A stretch of 58,004 bases of DNA from NCBI GenBank assembly GCA_964386665.1, contig CAYLQP010000004.1, positions 22,845 to 80,848 of the forward strand, written 5' to 3'. Made by a program: the position numbers and the translations under genes. Each line of letters opens with the position of its first letter. Position 1 is the stretch's first letter. The stretch is from an uncultured Candidatus Saccharibacteria bacterium (GTDB lineage Bacteria > Patescibacteriota > Minisyncoccia > Phycocordibacterales > CAIRYW01). Below are positions 9,219 through 17,850 of the stretch, piece by piece. Below the pieces are notes generated by a model. That model had not been told where the DNA came from. It was given only the letters and a program-made list of their open reading frames with translations, and did no database searches.

Positions 9219-10562
9219 TCACAGTAATGATCTTATTTTTGTTAATTCTTGAACAAGTTGGTTATTTTCTTTTAATTCTTCTTTTATTTTTTCGTATGAG
9301 TGAATAACTGTTGTGTGGTCTCTTCCCCCGAGCTTTTGTCCAATTGAGGGAAAGGAAATATTATAATCTTCTCGCAAAATATACATTGCGACTTGTCTTG
9401 GTTTCACCACTTCTTTTTTTCTTGATTTGTTTGATATGTCATCCTCTTCTATATTGTAAAAAGTAGCAACGGTTTTAATGATTTCTTTTATAGAGAAGTT
9501 TTTTGTTGGTTTTATAGTATCTTTTAGCAGGTGTTTTATCGTATTAAGATCGAGTTCTTGTCCTTTAAGTTCGGTTTGACAGATGATTGAGTTTAAAATA
9601 CCCTCTAATTCTCGAATATTTCCTTCGAGTGAGCTTGCTATGTAATCAATTACTACCTCAGAAAGAAAAAAGTTTTTTTGAGCCAGTTTTTTCTTGATGA
9701 TGGCGGCACGAGATTCATAGTCTGGTTGAGGAATATCAACAATCATACCGGCCACAAACCGAGATTTAAGTCTTGCTTCAAGGTCTTGAATGTAGTTTGG
9801 GTGTTGATCAGAAGAAAATACAATTTGCTTATTGTTTTCTTGAAGATAATTGAACAAATGGAATAATTCTTCTTGAGTTTTTTCTTTTTTTGTAAGGAAT
9901 TGTATGTCATCCATAATAAATACATCATATTTTTTGTATTTTTCTTTAAATGTTCCAACAGTACCATCTTGAACTGAGTTGATGTGATCACTATAAAATC
10001 TTTCTGATGAAACATAAAACACTTTTTTTTCTGGATGCTTTGTTTTTGAGTAGTTTCCTATTGCTTGAATAAGATGAGTCTTCCCTCTTCCCGTATCACC
10101 ATAGAAAAATAAAGGGTTATATGTTCCTGGTTTAGTTACAACAGCTTGTGCAGCTGCATGGGCCAGCTCGTTAAATGGGCCAATAACAAATGAATCAAAC
10201 GTATATCTTGGGTTTAAGTTATCATCCTTGTTGATATAAAAATCAGACAAAGGGAGCTCAGTTTCTTCTTTTTTTATTCTAAATGCATCGAGTTGTTGTT
10301 TTGCTTTTTGATCATTTTTGATGATTGTATATTCAATCCCTCGAACTGCCCCATCGGCATCTCGAAGAGATCTGAGAATTGATTTGTGGTATTTATTGCC
10401 AAGCCAGTCTTTTGCAAAAGTATTTGGTACACCAATAAACACAATGTTATCTTCTATTTTGACGATAAACGTGTCTTTGAACCAAGTGGTGAAATTGGCC
10501 TTTGAGATAGTGGCTTCTATTTCACTTAATACTCTTTGCCATAACGTATCTTTGTTTTCCAT
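9219..10562 (-). CDS. dnaA: chromosomal replication initiator DnaA
   Basis: AAA+ Walker A GDTGRGKTHL and a C-terminal DNA-binding domain (VAMYILRE...GGRDHTTVIHSYEKI). I placed the start at the MENKDTLWQRVL Met (10562) rather than the ORF-track 10592. Confidence 0.95.
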   Translation of the reverse strand: MENKDTLWQRVLSEIEATISKANFTTWFKDTFIVKIEDNIVFIGVPNTFAKDWLGNKYHKSILRSLRDADGAVRGIEYTIIKNDQKAKQQLDAFRIKKEETELPLSDFYINKDDNLNPRYTFDSFVIGPFNELAHAAAQAVVTKPGTYNPLFFYGDTGRGKTHLIQAIGNYSKTKHPEKKVFYVSSERFYSDHINSVQDGTVGTFKEKYKKYDVFIMDDIQFLTKKEKTQEELFHLFNYLQENNKQIVFSSDQHPNYIQDLEARLKSRFVAGMIVDIPQPDYESRAAIIKKKLAQKNFFLSEVVIDYIASSLEGNIRELEGILNSIICQTELKGQELDLNTIKHLLKDTIKPTKNFSIKEIIKTVATFYNIEEDDISNKSRKKEVVKPRQVAMYILREDYNISFPSIGQKLGGRDHTTVIHSYEKIKEELKENNQLVQELTKIRSLL

Positions 10563-10600
10563 ATACACAATTATACATTTAAAAAAAGACACAAAGAACT

Positions 10601-10672
10601 TGTGGATAGTTTATAAGTATGTTGATAACTTGTGGAAAAGGTGGATAACTTAATATATAAGATGTGGATTGA
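10601..10672. promoter_or_regulatory. DnaA-box cluster upstream of dnaA (oriC part)
   Basis: Four same-orientation boxes: tgtggatag (10601), tgtggaaaa (10631), ggtggataa (10640) and tgtggattg (10664). Their reverse complements are CTATCCACA, TTTTCCACA, TTATCCACC and CAATCCACA. AT-rich DNA follows up to rpmH. Confidence 0.7.
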
Positions 10673-10810
10673 GGAATATTGACTAAAGAATAAAAAAACA
10701 AAAAGTATCTAAGTGTCCCCTTCTATGACGTGAGGTATATACTTTATTTAGTATTCTAAATTCTTCATACCTACCTTGAACTTTTTATAAAGTGTGTTAA
10801 TATGGACTAT

Positions 10811-10933
10811 ATGTCACAAACATACCAACCTAAAAAAAGAAAAAGAGCTAAATCTGCTGGTTTTAGATCTAAAAGTGCTCGAACCCTTCGAAGTAAGCGT
10901 CAAAAAGGGCGAGCAAAACTCTCAACTGTTTAA
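10811..10933 (+). CDS. rpmH: 50S ribosomal protein L34
   Basis: Not in the ORF track because it is 40 aa: MSQTYQPKKRKRAKSAGFRSKSARTLRSKRQKGRAKLSTV. It has the typical L34 TYQP..RKR motif. Confidence 0.9.
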   Translation: MSQTYQPKKRKRAKSAGFRSKSARTLRSKRQKGRAKLSTV

Positions 10934-10935
10934 AT

Positions 10936-11262
10936 ATGGTGAAAGTTACTAGACTACCAAAAACTAGTGTTATTAAAGTGATAAAAGAGGGGAAAAACAT
11001 ACAATCCCCTCTTTTTGGTCTTAAATTTACACAAAACACCTTATTTTTAAACAGGTTTTCGGTTGTAGTATCAAAAAAGGAGCTTAAAAAGGCGGTTGAA
11101 AGAAATCGAGTTAAAAGGGTTTTAAGAGAGGTTTTACGAAAAAAGCTCACAGAGATAGAGGGTTTCTTTGATATTGTTTGTTTTGCCAAAAAAGGCGTTT
11201 TAGATACACATTTTGTTGGTCTTTTGGGGTTATTTGATGGAATAAAAGATAAAATAAAGTAG
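10936..11262 (+). CDS. rnpA: RNase P protein component
   Basis: 108 aa and basic, with the KKAVERNRVKRVLRE (RNR) motif. It follows rpmH immediately. Confidence 0.85.
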   Translation: MVKVTRLPKTSVIKVIKEGKNIQSPLFGLKFTQNTLFLNRFSVVVSKKELKKAVERNRVKRVLREVLRKKLTEIEGFFDIVCFAKKGVLDTHFVGLLGLFDGIKDKIK

Positions 11263-11304
11263 AATTCCCTTTGAAAAAAGGCTTTTTTCCTATACAATAG
11301 AGAA

Positions 11305-12024
11305 ATGAGTAATATTTTTCACACTTTTTTTTATAATCCTATTTATAACGGTCTTGTATTTCTTATTGATATAATCCCTGGTGGCGATGCTGGGGTGGCG
11401 GTAATACTACTTACTATACTTGTATCTTTGATTTTGTTCTCTGTTTCAAAAAAAGCCATAAGAACACAAATAAGGATGAAGGAAATGGAGCCTGAAATGA
11501 AGAAAATCAGAGAAACTGTTTCTGATAAACAACAACAAGCACTCCAAATGATGGCTCTATATAAAAAGTACGATATTAACCCTTTTTCTGTTATTGTTCT
11601 TGTGATTATTCAAATACCTGTTCTGTTGGCACTTTATTTTGTGTTTTTGAAAGGAGGATTACCTGAGATTAATACAGATATTTTGTACTCTTTTATAAAG
11701 GTTCCTCAAGTGGTATCTATGAACTTCCTTGGAATACTCGATATTACGCAAAAAAGCCTCTTCTTGGCCCTTTTGGCGGGTGTGACGCAGTTTATACAAG
11801 CAAAGGTGGCTACACCAAAACTTGAGCCAAGAAAAGAAGGTCAGGCCTCATTTAAAGATGATTTTCAAAGATCTCTCAATACACAGGTAAAATATGTATT
11901 CCCTGTGATTATTGCTGTTATTTCAGTTAACTTCCCTGCTGCTCTACCTTTGTACTGGTCTACAAGAAATATCTTTATGACACTACAAGAACTCTACGTA
12001 AAGAAGAATCTTAAAAATAAGTAA
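11305..12024 (+). CDS. yidC: membrane protein insertase YidC (short form)
   Basis: 239 aa, multi-TM, in the conserved rnpA-yidC-jag context. Confidence 0.9.
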   Translation: MSNIFHTFFYNPIYNGLVFLIDIIPGGDAGVAVILLTILVSLILFSVSKKAIRTQIRMKEMEPEMKKIRETVSDKQQQALQMMALYKKYDINPFSVIVLVIIQIPVLLALYFVFLKGGLPEINTDILYSFIKVPQVVSMNFLGILDITQKSLFLALLAGVTQFIQAKVATPKLEPRKEGQASFKDDFQRSLNTQVKYVFPVIIAVISVNFPAALPLYWSTRNIFMTLQELYVKKNLKNK

Positions 12025-12060
12025 TTGACTTTGGGGAATTAGTGATTAATATAGATTGAT

Positions 12061-12513
12061 ATGGAACATAAAATCAAATTAACCATAAAAAATCTTACTG
12101 ACCTCCTTGGTTTTGAACCTCTTGAAATTAACGTAACTAAACAACCAGGAGTATTTGTTATTGATTTACATACTCAGGATGAAAAAACATTCCTAGGCAA
12201 AGATAATGAAAGATTCAATGCTTTTTCTCATCTAGCTAAAAAAATGCTTGCAAAAGACGTCGATGAAGATACAAAATTTGTGATAGATATTAATAACCTT
12301 CGGGGCAAAAATGATGATGCCTTGAAGATTCGAGCAAACATTCTTGCAGATCGAGCACGATCATTCAAAAAAGATATGGAGTTTCCTCCAATGACTTCTT
12401 ACGAACGTAGGGTGGTTCATTCTGCTCTCGAAGGATCTCCTTTTATCAAGACAGAATCGGTTGGTGAAGGAAAGGAAAGACATCTTGTGATTAGATATAC
12501 AGGAGAGAACTAA
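12061..12513 (+). CDS. jag: Jag/KhpB-like RNA-binding protein (KH + R3H)
   Basis: 150 aa with the R3H signature ERRVVHSAL. It is in the conserved position after yidC. Confidence 0.8.
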   Translation: MEHKIKLTIKNLTDLLGFEPLEINVTKQPGVFVIDLHTQDEKTFLGKDNERFNAFSHLAKKMLAKDVDEDTKFVIDINNLRGKNDDALKIRANILADRARSFKKDMEFPPMTSYERRVVHSALEGSPFIKTESVGEGKERHLVIRYTGEN

Positions 12514-12516
12514 AAA

Positions 12517-12544
12517 AACACCCCAGATCAAAAGGGTGTTTTTT
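12517..12544. terminator. bidirectional terminator between jag and the T4SS-like operon
   Basis: Stem acaccc / gggtgt flanked by an A-run and a T-run. Confidence 0.6.
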
Positions 12545-13949
12545 AGTTTGTTGTTTTTGTTGAAGTGCTTGTTTGTGTAGTAGTGGCAGTAGTTGTTGCA
12601 CTGTTTATTGTACTTGTTGCTGTACTTGAAATAGGTTTTTTTGTCTCACTTAGGATAAGTCCCCAAAACGAAAGATTCTTTTTGTTTATAAAAGTAAGAT
12701 AAGAGTCATCTTCTGAAATTTCTAGGCTTATTGCATCCATACTTTCTCCTCCATCTCTTTCTGGGATAGAAATAAGATTTGTTGTTGCCGTGTTGGTATT
12801 TATTTTCCAAATACTGTCATTAAAGGTTACTCTGCCTTGATACCAATAATCAGGGTATATTCCATTTGGGATAAGGACTGGTATAGCACAATACACAATA
12901 AAGGTTTCTTTTTTTGATGCGACGCATTTTTCAGGTAGTGTATTACCAAGAAAAACAGGTTCTGTTGAAGGTGTTTTTTGTTTGATACTGAAAAGAGAAA
13001 TACCGTTTCCTCCTCTTCCTACGAGATAATCTCCTTCCCCTACTGGTTTAATAGTAAGGCCAAATACACCTCCAAGTATTTTTGTCATATTTCCTGTGTT
13101 TGTATTGAGATTATATGCAAAACCTTGTGTATATCCAGATGGTTTTGTTGATATTGTTGCTTCATTTTCTTTGTTCCAAGAGAGAAGCCATTCACGCAGT
13201 GGCGATTCGTAAATCTTCTTTTTGTTTGTGTTGTTTGTGTTTGCTACTATCAAAGTTCCGCTCTCATTTTCATTATACAAAGAATAAAGTAATCGGTTTC
13301 GAAGCGGTGAAGCGGTAATTTCCTTTATATTATCATCAAGATTTAGACCAATAGACTCTTTTGTAATATCTGTATTTTGTATAATTGTAGTACTTGCGGT
13401 GGTGCTTGCTAACACGAGAGGGAGGTTTTTTAGAGTCACTGTATATGTTTTGATAAGTTCAGTATCTGTGTTATCCAAAAAACGTGCTACGAAAGAATCT
13501 GGATTCAAGAAAATGGCTTCATATGTTTTTGGAAGAGTGGTGTTTGAAATTTTTTTTGTGACAAGTGAATCTTTTGTTGTTTCAAAAACATGCCCTGTTG
13601 CCCTATCAACAAAACGCACTCGCACCTCTTCTTCTTTAGTTACTTCGTTTTTTGTTTTCCAAACAATAGATCCTGATGTAGGTCTTCCGTGAATCTTTCT
13701 GAGTTTTGATACTGTTGCAGTAGTTGTTGAGGTTGGTGATGATTCCTCTTCAAATACAGACTCTTCCCCTTCGAAAAGAGTGTCTGGGTCTCGAGATGGT
13801 TTACCAAAAGGAAATATCTCTCTTACTTTTTTGGTAAAAGCACTTTCATCTTCTTGTACTGGAGTTTTTGTAATAAAGAAAAGAGCACCTAAAATAAGGA
13901 GGAAAATGATTATAATAATACTTAATATGATTAATATTTTTCTTGGCAT
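12543..13949 (-). CDS. membrane-anchored exported protein, last gene of the T4SS-like operon
   Basis: 468 aa with an N-terminal TM (ILIILSIIIIIFLLILGALFFI) and a Ser/Thr-rich C-terminal tail. I recognised no motif. Confidence 0.6.
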   Translation of the reverse strand: MPRKILIILSIIIIIFLLILGALFFITKTPVQEDESAFTKKVREIFPFGKPSRDPDTLFEGEESVFEEESSPTSTTTATVSKLRKIHGRPTSGSIVWKTKNEVTKEEEVRVRFVDRATGHVFETTKDSLVTKKISNTTLPKTYEAIFLNPDSFVARFLDNTDTELIKTYTVTLKNLPLVLASTTASTTIIQNTDITKESIGLNLDDNIKEITASPLRNRLLYSLYNENESGTLIVANTNNTNKKKIYESPLREWLLSWNKENEATISTKPSGYTQGFAYNLNTNTGNMTKILGGVFGLTIKPVGEGDYLVGRGGNGISLFSIKQKTPSTEPVFLGNTLPEKCVASKKETFIVYCAIPVLIPNGIYPDYWYQGRVTFNDSIWKINTNTATTNLISIPERDGGESMDAISLEISEDDSYLTFINKKNLSFWGLILSETKKPISSTATSTINSATTTATTTQTSTSTKTTN

Positions 13950-13952
13950 AGT

Positions 13953-14987
13953 TTATTTTTTTATACGTAAGGTTGACCAATACTTTGCGCCTCCTATATA
14001 TGTTTCTTCAGAAGTTCCTCCTGATATAACACCATCTTTTCCAATTAACTCTGAAAGTATTTTAACACCTACTTCCAGATTTTTTTGTGGATTCTTTAGG
14101 TCTGTAGTAGTGATTCCCGTAAACCCATAACCTCTTGATGATTCATAAGAAAGTTGCATAAGGCCTGTTGAGATTATTTGTTGACCATCATTATTTAATC
14201 GCGGTGAACCATCTTTATTCCTTTCAGGATAAGTTAAAGTCGGGTCAAAACCAGATTCTTTTGCTGTAATTCCCGCGATTAAATTTGCCCAGTTTTGTGG
14301 GTTTCGTGCATCACCATCAGGGAAAAAGGCTGTTGCATCACGTGGATTAAGATTTGTTAAACCATATTTTTCTACAAGCCTTAACACTTCGTCATTCCAT
14401 TCTGCATTCTTGAACTTTGAGTTAAGTAATGGGTCGTTTGGATCAACGTACCCATCAACATCGTTGTTTGGACCTGTACGATTCGCTGAGGTGGTTGGAC
14501 CAATCTCTTTCATATCAAAATAAAACGCTGCTTCTTTGGAAAGAAGGTAATTAAAAGCTCGTGGATCCACAGACTTTATATCCAAACTTACATTAACAAG
14601 GTTTGGATCAATTGTTCTTAAAATAACAAAAGAACTAAGTGCTAATAACAAACCCATTATTGCATTACTGATTCGCTCTTTCCCTTCTTCCTTCCCTCCT
14701 ATCGCATCGGTAGTGATGTATTCAATTCCACCCATAATTATCATTAAGACGGCAAGTCCTGTAGCAAGAGCGATACCCATACGATAGAGTGTGCGGAAAT
14801 ATGTTTGTAAGTAATTATCATCAATCTTTACTGATGTTTGTGCCGAGCCTGCTACATCTGGGAGTGGTGCGAGCATCTCATAATTAACCGCACCATACGT
14901 GAAAGTTACAAAAGAAAACAAAAACATTAAACTGAGAATTACTTTTCGCATTACTATATATAATCTCATATTTTTATTCTTTTTCAA
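13953..14987 (-). CDS. VirB2/TrbC-like pilin module fused to a lytic transglycosylase (SLT) domain
   Basis: Signal peptide, then two hydrophobic helices flanking the charged loop TTDAIGGKEEGKERISN, which is the pilin-like topology. The C-terminal SLT motifs are AKESGFDP (catalytic E-S) and TGLMQLSYES. Confidence 0.75.
   Translation of the reverse strand: MKKNKNMRLYIVMRKVILSLMFLFSFVTFTYGAVNYEMLAPLPDVAGSAQTSVKIDDNYLQTYFRTLYRMGIALATGLAVLMIIMGGIEYITTDAIGGKEEGKERISNAIMGLLLALSSFVILRTIDPNLVNVSLDIKSVDPRAFNYLLSKEAAFYFDMKEIGPTTSANRTGPNNDVDGYVDPNDPLLNSKFKNAEWNDEVLRLVEKYGLTNLNPRDATAFFPDGDARNPQNWANLIAGITAKESGFDPTLTYPERNKDGSPRLNNDGQQIISTGLMQLSYESSRGYGFTGITTTDLKNPQKNLEVGVKILSELIGKDGVISGGTSEETYIGGAKYWSTLRIKK
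14575..14816. repeat. 242-bp block identical to 15579-15820
   Basis: A base-by-base comparison gave no mismatch over 242 bp. The flanks diverge immediately on both sides. Confidence 0.9.
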
Positions 14988-14998
14988 AGAAAACTTAC

Positions 14999-15955
14999 TT
15001 AGTTTGGTCTAAAAATATATGTAGAAAGACCTTGTGTTCCCTCATAATACCTCTGCCAGCTTGTTGCGGTATGGTTCTGCATAATTTGCTGATGGCTACT
15101 ACTATTTGAAATGATAGTTGCTCCTCCTGGTGCATTTACAATTCCAACATGACCTGTTTGTTTTCCTGATGTTGGAGAAAGGACAATATCCCCTGGTTGC
15201 GCAGAAGCAAGACCGCCTCGGACAAGAGTAAATCTATTATCACTTCTTAGGCTTTCGTACATATCTACAGTGGATAAGCTATTATTTACCGGCTTGCCAA
15301 GTGCATTTTCTACAATCATATTTACCGAATAAGCACAGGCAAGTCTTCCTCCATTAGTACCAGAAACATTACAGGTTGTTCTGTTTATTGCATCTCGAGC
15401 ACTTTTAAGAATTGCTTCACCCTGAGAAGTTGTTCCAAGATTTTGTAGTTGTTGTTCTTGTCGCCATTTTTCTTTATCTTCTTCGGTGACATTTAGAAAT
15501 TCGCTTGTGGTCCGTAATTCTTGTTCATAATATGCTTCAGACATAAGTAATTGTTGAAATGCTGCCTGATCCACTAATTTTATATCCAAACTTACATTAA
15601 CAAGGTTTGGATCAATTGTTCTTAAAATAACAAAAGAACTAAGTGCTAATAACAAACCCATTATTGCATTACTGATTCGCTCTTTCCCTTCTTCCTTCCC
15701 TCCTATCGCATCGGTAGTGATGTATTCAATTCCACCCATAATTATCATTAAGACGGCAAGTCCTGTAGCAAGAGCGATACCCATACGATAGAGTGTGCGG
15801 AAATATGTTTGTAAGTAATTTTCGTCTATTGTTACTTCTGTATCAATGCCTCCTGTTGCATTAGGTAGAGGGGCGAGCATTTGGTATTTAACTTGACCAT
15901 AAGTAAAATTAAAAAGAGAGAAAAAAAACATAAAAATTAATATAGTCTTTTTCAT
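14999..15955 (-). CDS. VirB2/TrbC-like pilin module fused to a CHAP/NlpC-P60-type cysteine peptidase domain
   Basis: It has the same pilin-like module as the neighbouring gene. The C-terminal GGRLACAYSVNMIV supplies the Cys and PGDIVLSP..GKQTGHVGIV supplies the His. Confidence 0.7.
   Translation of the reverse strand: MKKTILIFMFFFSLFNFTYGQVKYQMLAPLPNATGGIDTEVTIDENYLQTYFRTLYRMGIALATGLAVLMIIMGGIEYITTDAIGGKEEGKERISNAIMGLLLALSSFVILRTIDPNLVNVSLDIKLVDQAAFQQLLMSEAYYEQELRTTSEFLNVTEEDKEKWRQEQQLQNLGTTSQGEAILKSARDAINRTTCNVSGTNGGRLACAYSVNMIVENALGKPVNNSLSTVDMYESLRSDNRFTLVRGGLASAQPGDIVLSPTSGKQTGHVGIVNAPGGATIISNSSSHQQIMQNHTATSWQRYYEGTQGLSTYIFRPN
15579..15820. repeat. 242-bp block identical to 14575-14816
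   Basis: Second copy, offset by 1004 bp. It encodes the pilin-like helices of the paralogous gene. Confidence 0.9.
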
Positions 15956-15973
15956 TTTAATAATTTCTAGTGT

Positions 15974-16984
15974 TTAGTTTTCTGTTGAGAGGTTAATCGT
16001 TACTTGATTTCGGGCTTCTTGTAAAAGATTGGTTGGATGTTTAATAAGTACATTCACGAGTGACTTCCCTTCGGTGTTAGTGTCATATCTAAATAGGGTT
16101 GTATCAGTGTTGAAGATTGGAGAAGGTGTTCCATTAATATTCCACGTGTAATTCAATGAACCTTTTTTCTTTGAGGTGGTTTCAAAGAAAAAAGGTGAAG
16201 CCGCAAGACTCAATTCTTTGTTTTTGAGTGAGATCTCGGTAAGTGCCTTGTTGTGCAGTATTCCGTATAGAGGGTTGTTTTCATACAGTAATACTTCTGG
16301 GGCAAAGAAGTTAATAAAAGCTTCTCCTTTTGCTTTGTTTAAGAAATCGTCTTTGACTTCTACTTGAATAGTTTCGGGTTTAAGTAGGTATCCTCCTTTG
16401 AGTGAAAAAGTGTTTTTAAGAAAGCCTGACTGATCGTTTACTATTGAATAGTCTTGTTTCCATTTATAGGTTGGATTGAGAGGGTTTGTAATAACGCTAT
16501 TTTTATTAACAAAATGTGGAATTGCCACTGCGATAATGTTTCCAAGATAGCCTGGTAATGCCTTACCTTTATAAAATGGGGGTGTATAGCTTCTTGATTC
16601 CCAAATAACATCAACTTCTTGCGGAGTAAATGAAAAGGTTTTTTCTATATTTTTTCCTCCACCAAAAGGCACAATACTGACAAATACGTTTTGGGTTGTC
16701 CCGAGTGTGCCGTTGGTAAATTCAAATACTTGTTCTCCTCGCCCTGTTTTTTTTGTTACTCCGTTTATCTTCCAAGTAATAAATGCACGAGTAAGATCGG
16801 TTCCAAAGGCTTCAGCCTTTATTTTTATTTGATCACCAGTTTTTGGTGAGTCTGGTGTAACAATAAAAGAAACCTGTTCTTCTAGTTCAGGTATTTGGCT
16901 TGGAATTGATGTTTGTTGCCCAAAAGAAAAAACTGGAAACAATAAGAAGTATGTAAACGTAAGAAAAAAATATGTTCGTGACAC
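15974..16984 (-). CDS. secreted protein of the T4SS-like operon, function unknown
   Basis: 336 aa with the signal peptide MSRTYFFLTFTYFLLFPVFSFG. The composition looks beta-rich. Confidence 0.6.
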   Translation of the reverse strand: MSRTYFFLTFTYFLLFPVFSFGQQTSIPSQIPELEEQVSFIVTPDSPKTGDQIKIKAEAFGTDLTRAFITWKINGVTKKTGRGEQVFEFTNGTLGTTQNVFVSIVPFGGGKNIEKTFSFTPQEVDVIWESRSYTPPFYKGKALPGYLGNIIAVAIPHFVNKNSVITNPLNPTYKWKQDYSIVNDQSGFLKNTFSLKGGYLLKPETIQVEVKDDFLNKAKGEAFINFFAPEVLLYENNPLYGILHNKALTEISLKNKELSLAASPFFFETTSKKKGSLNYTWNINGTPSPIFNTDTTLFRYDTNTEGKSLVNVLIKHPTNLLQEARNQVTINLSTEN

Positions 16985-17079
16985 ACATATAGTATAATCA
17001 AATTATTGATTTGTATCAAATAGTTGTCTGTGATTTACAGAGACGTTTATAGAAACTAGTTTGTAACAAAATAAACAAA

Positions 17080-17847
17080 CTACTTCCCCATCTCATTAGT
17101 GAGGGTTTTTTTAAGGAGACCAGTTATTTTTGACCCACCTCCTTTTTGAGTTGGAGTACCTTTTTGAAGAGTAAGGTTTTCGGTTTGTGGTTCTACAGAA
17201 GGTGTTGGTTGTGGTGCGGGTGTCTGAGGTGCTTTTTTTGTTGCTGGAACATAGGGTGCTGGTGTTTGTCTTTTTGTTGGTTGTGGTGTACTTGTACTTG
17301 GCTTATTTGTTTGAGTTGGAGTACCTTTTTGAAGAGTAAGGTTTTCGGTTTGTGGCTCTACAGGAGGTGTTGGTTGTGGTGTACTTATAATTGGCTTGTA
17401 GCTTTGAATTGATTTGGGGTTTAAGGTGTTTTGAGGTGTAGGAGGAGTATTTTCCTTATTTGATTGTTGGTAATTTTTTTGTACTTGAGTTTGTGTTGTT
17501 GTTTCTTCTTCTGTTTGCGAACTTGGTTGTTTTGTGTTCGCATTTTGAGCTGCTACTTGTTGTGCTTGGGTATTGGCTAATTGAGCTTTTTGTTTTTGAT
17601 CGTTTTTTAACAATCTTTTTTTAAATGGTCCATAATAAAAAGAGAGTCTAAGAAACCCTCGGACAAGTATACCTCCTAAGATTGTAAAATCAGCAGCAAA
17701 TCCCCAAAGAGCGATTTGTCTTACCCACCCTTTTCCTATTTTTGTGAGTCGTTCACCAGAAAAAAGTCTTCCAAAAAGAAACTCAAACATCATAATAACA
17801 CTGCCGATTATTGGTATTGGACAAAGAAGAAAAAGAAATATTTTCAT
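17080..17847 (-). CDS. membrane protein with a Pro/Thr/Gln-rich repeat tail
   Basis: 255 aa. The N-terminal region is hydrophobic. The tail contains two copies of PQPTP.VEPQTENLTLQKGTPTQ. Confidence 0.6.
   Translation of the reverse strand: MKIFLFLLCPIPIIGSVIMMFEFLFGRLFSGERLTKIGKGWVRQIALWGFAADFTILGGILVRGFLRLSFYYGPFKKRLLKNDQKQKAQLANTQAQQVAAQNANTKQPSSQTEEETTTQTQVQKNYQQSNKENTPPTPQNTLNPKSIQSYKPIISTPQPTPPVEPQTENLTLQKGTPTQTNKPSTSTPQPTKRQTPAPYVPATKKAPQTPAPQPTPSVEPQTENLTLQKGTPTQKGGGSKITGLLKKTLTNEMGK
17145..17381. repeat. two 72-bp direct repeats (17145-17216 and 17310-17381)
   Basis: Two mismatches in 72 bp with a 165-bp period. This is in-frame, equal to 55 aa. Confidence 0.85.
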
Positions 17848-17850
17848 AGG

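Noticed and set aside
17006-17019. Perfect FNR/CRP-type palindrome TTGAT-TTGT-ATCAA upstream of the 336-aa secreted-protein gene
   Set aside because: It is a single AT-rich 14-mer in an AT-rich genome, plausibly chance. No CRP/FNR-family regulator is in the window, and the site sits only 22-35 bp from the start codon.
17146-17412. 88-aa Cys/Trp-rich plus-strand ORF
   Set aside because: It is the antisense reading of the Pro/Thr/Gln repeat region of the 17080-17847 gene. Its internal repetition only mirrors the 72-bp repeats.
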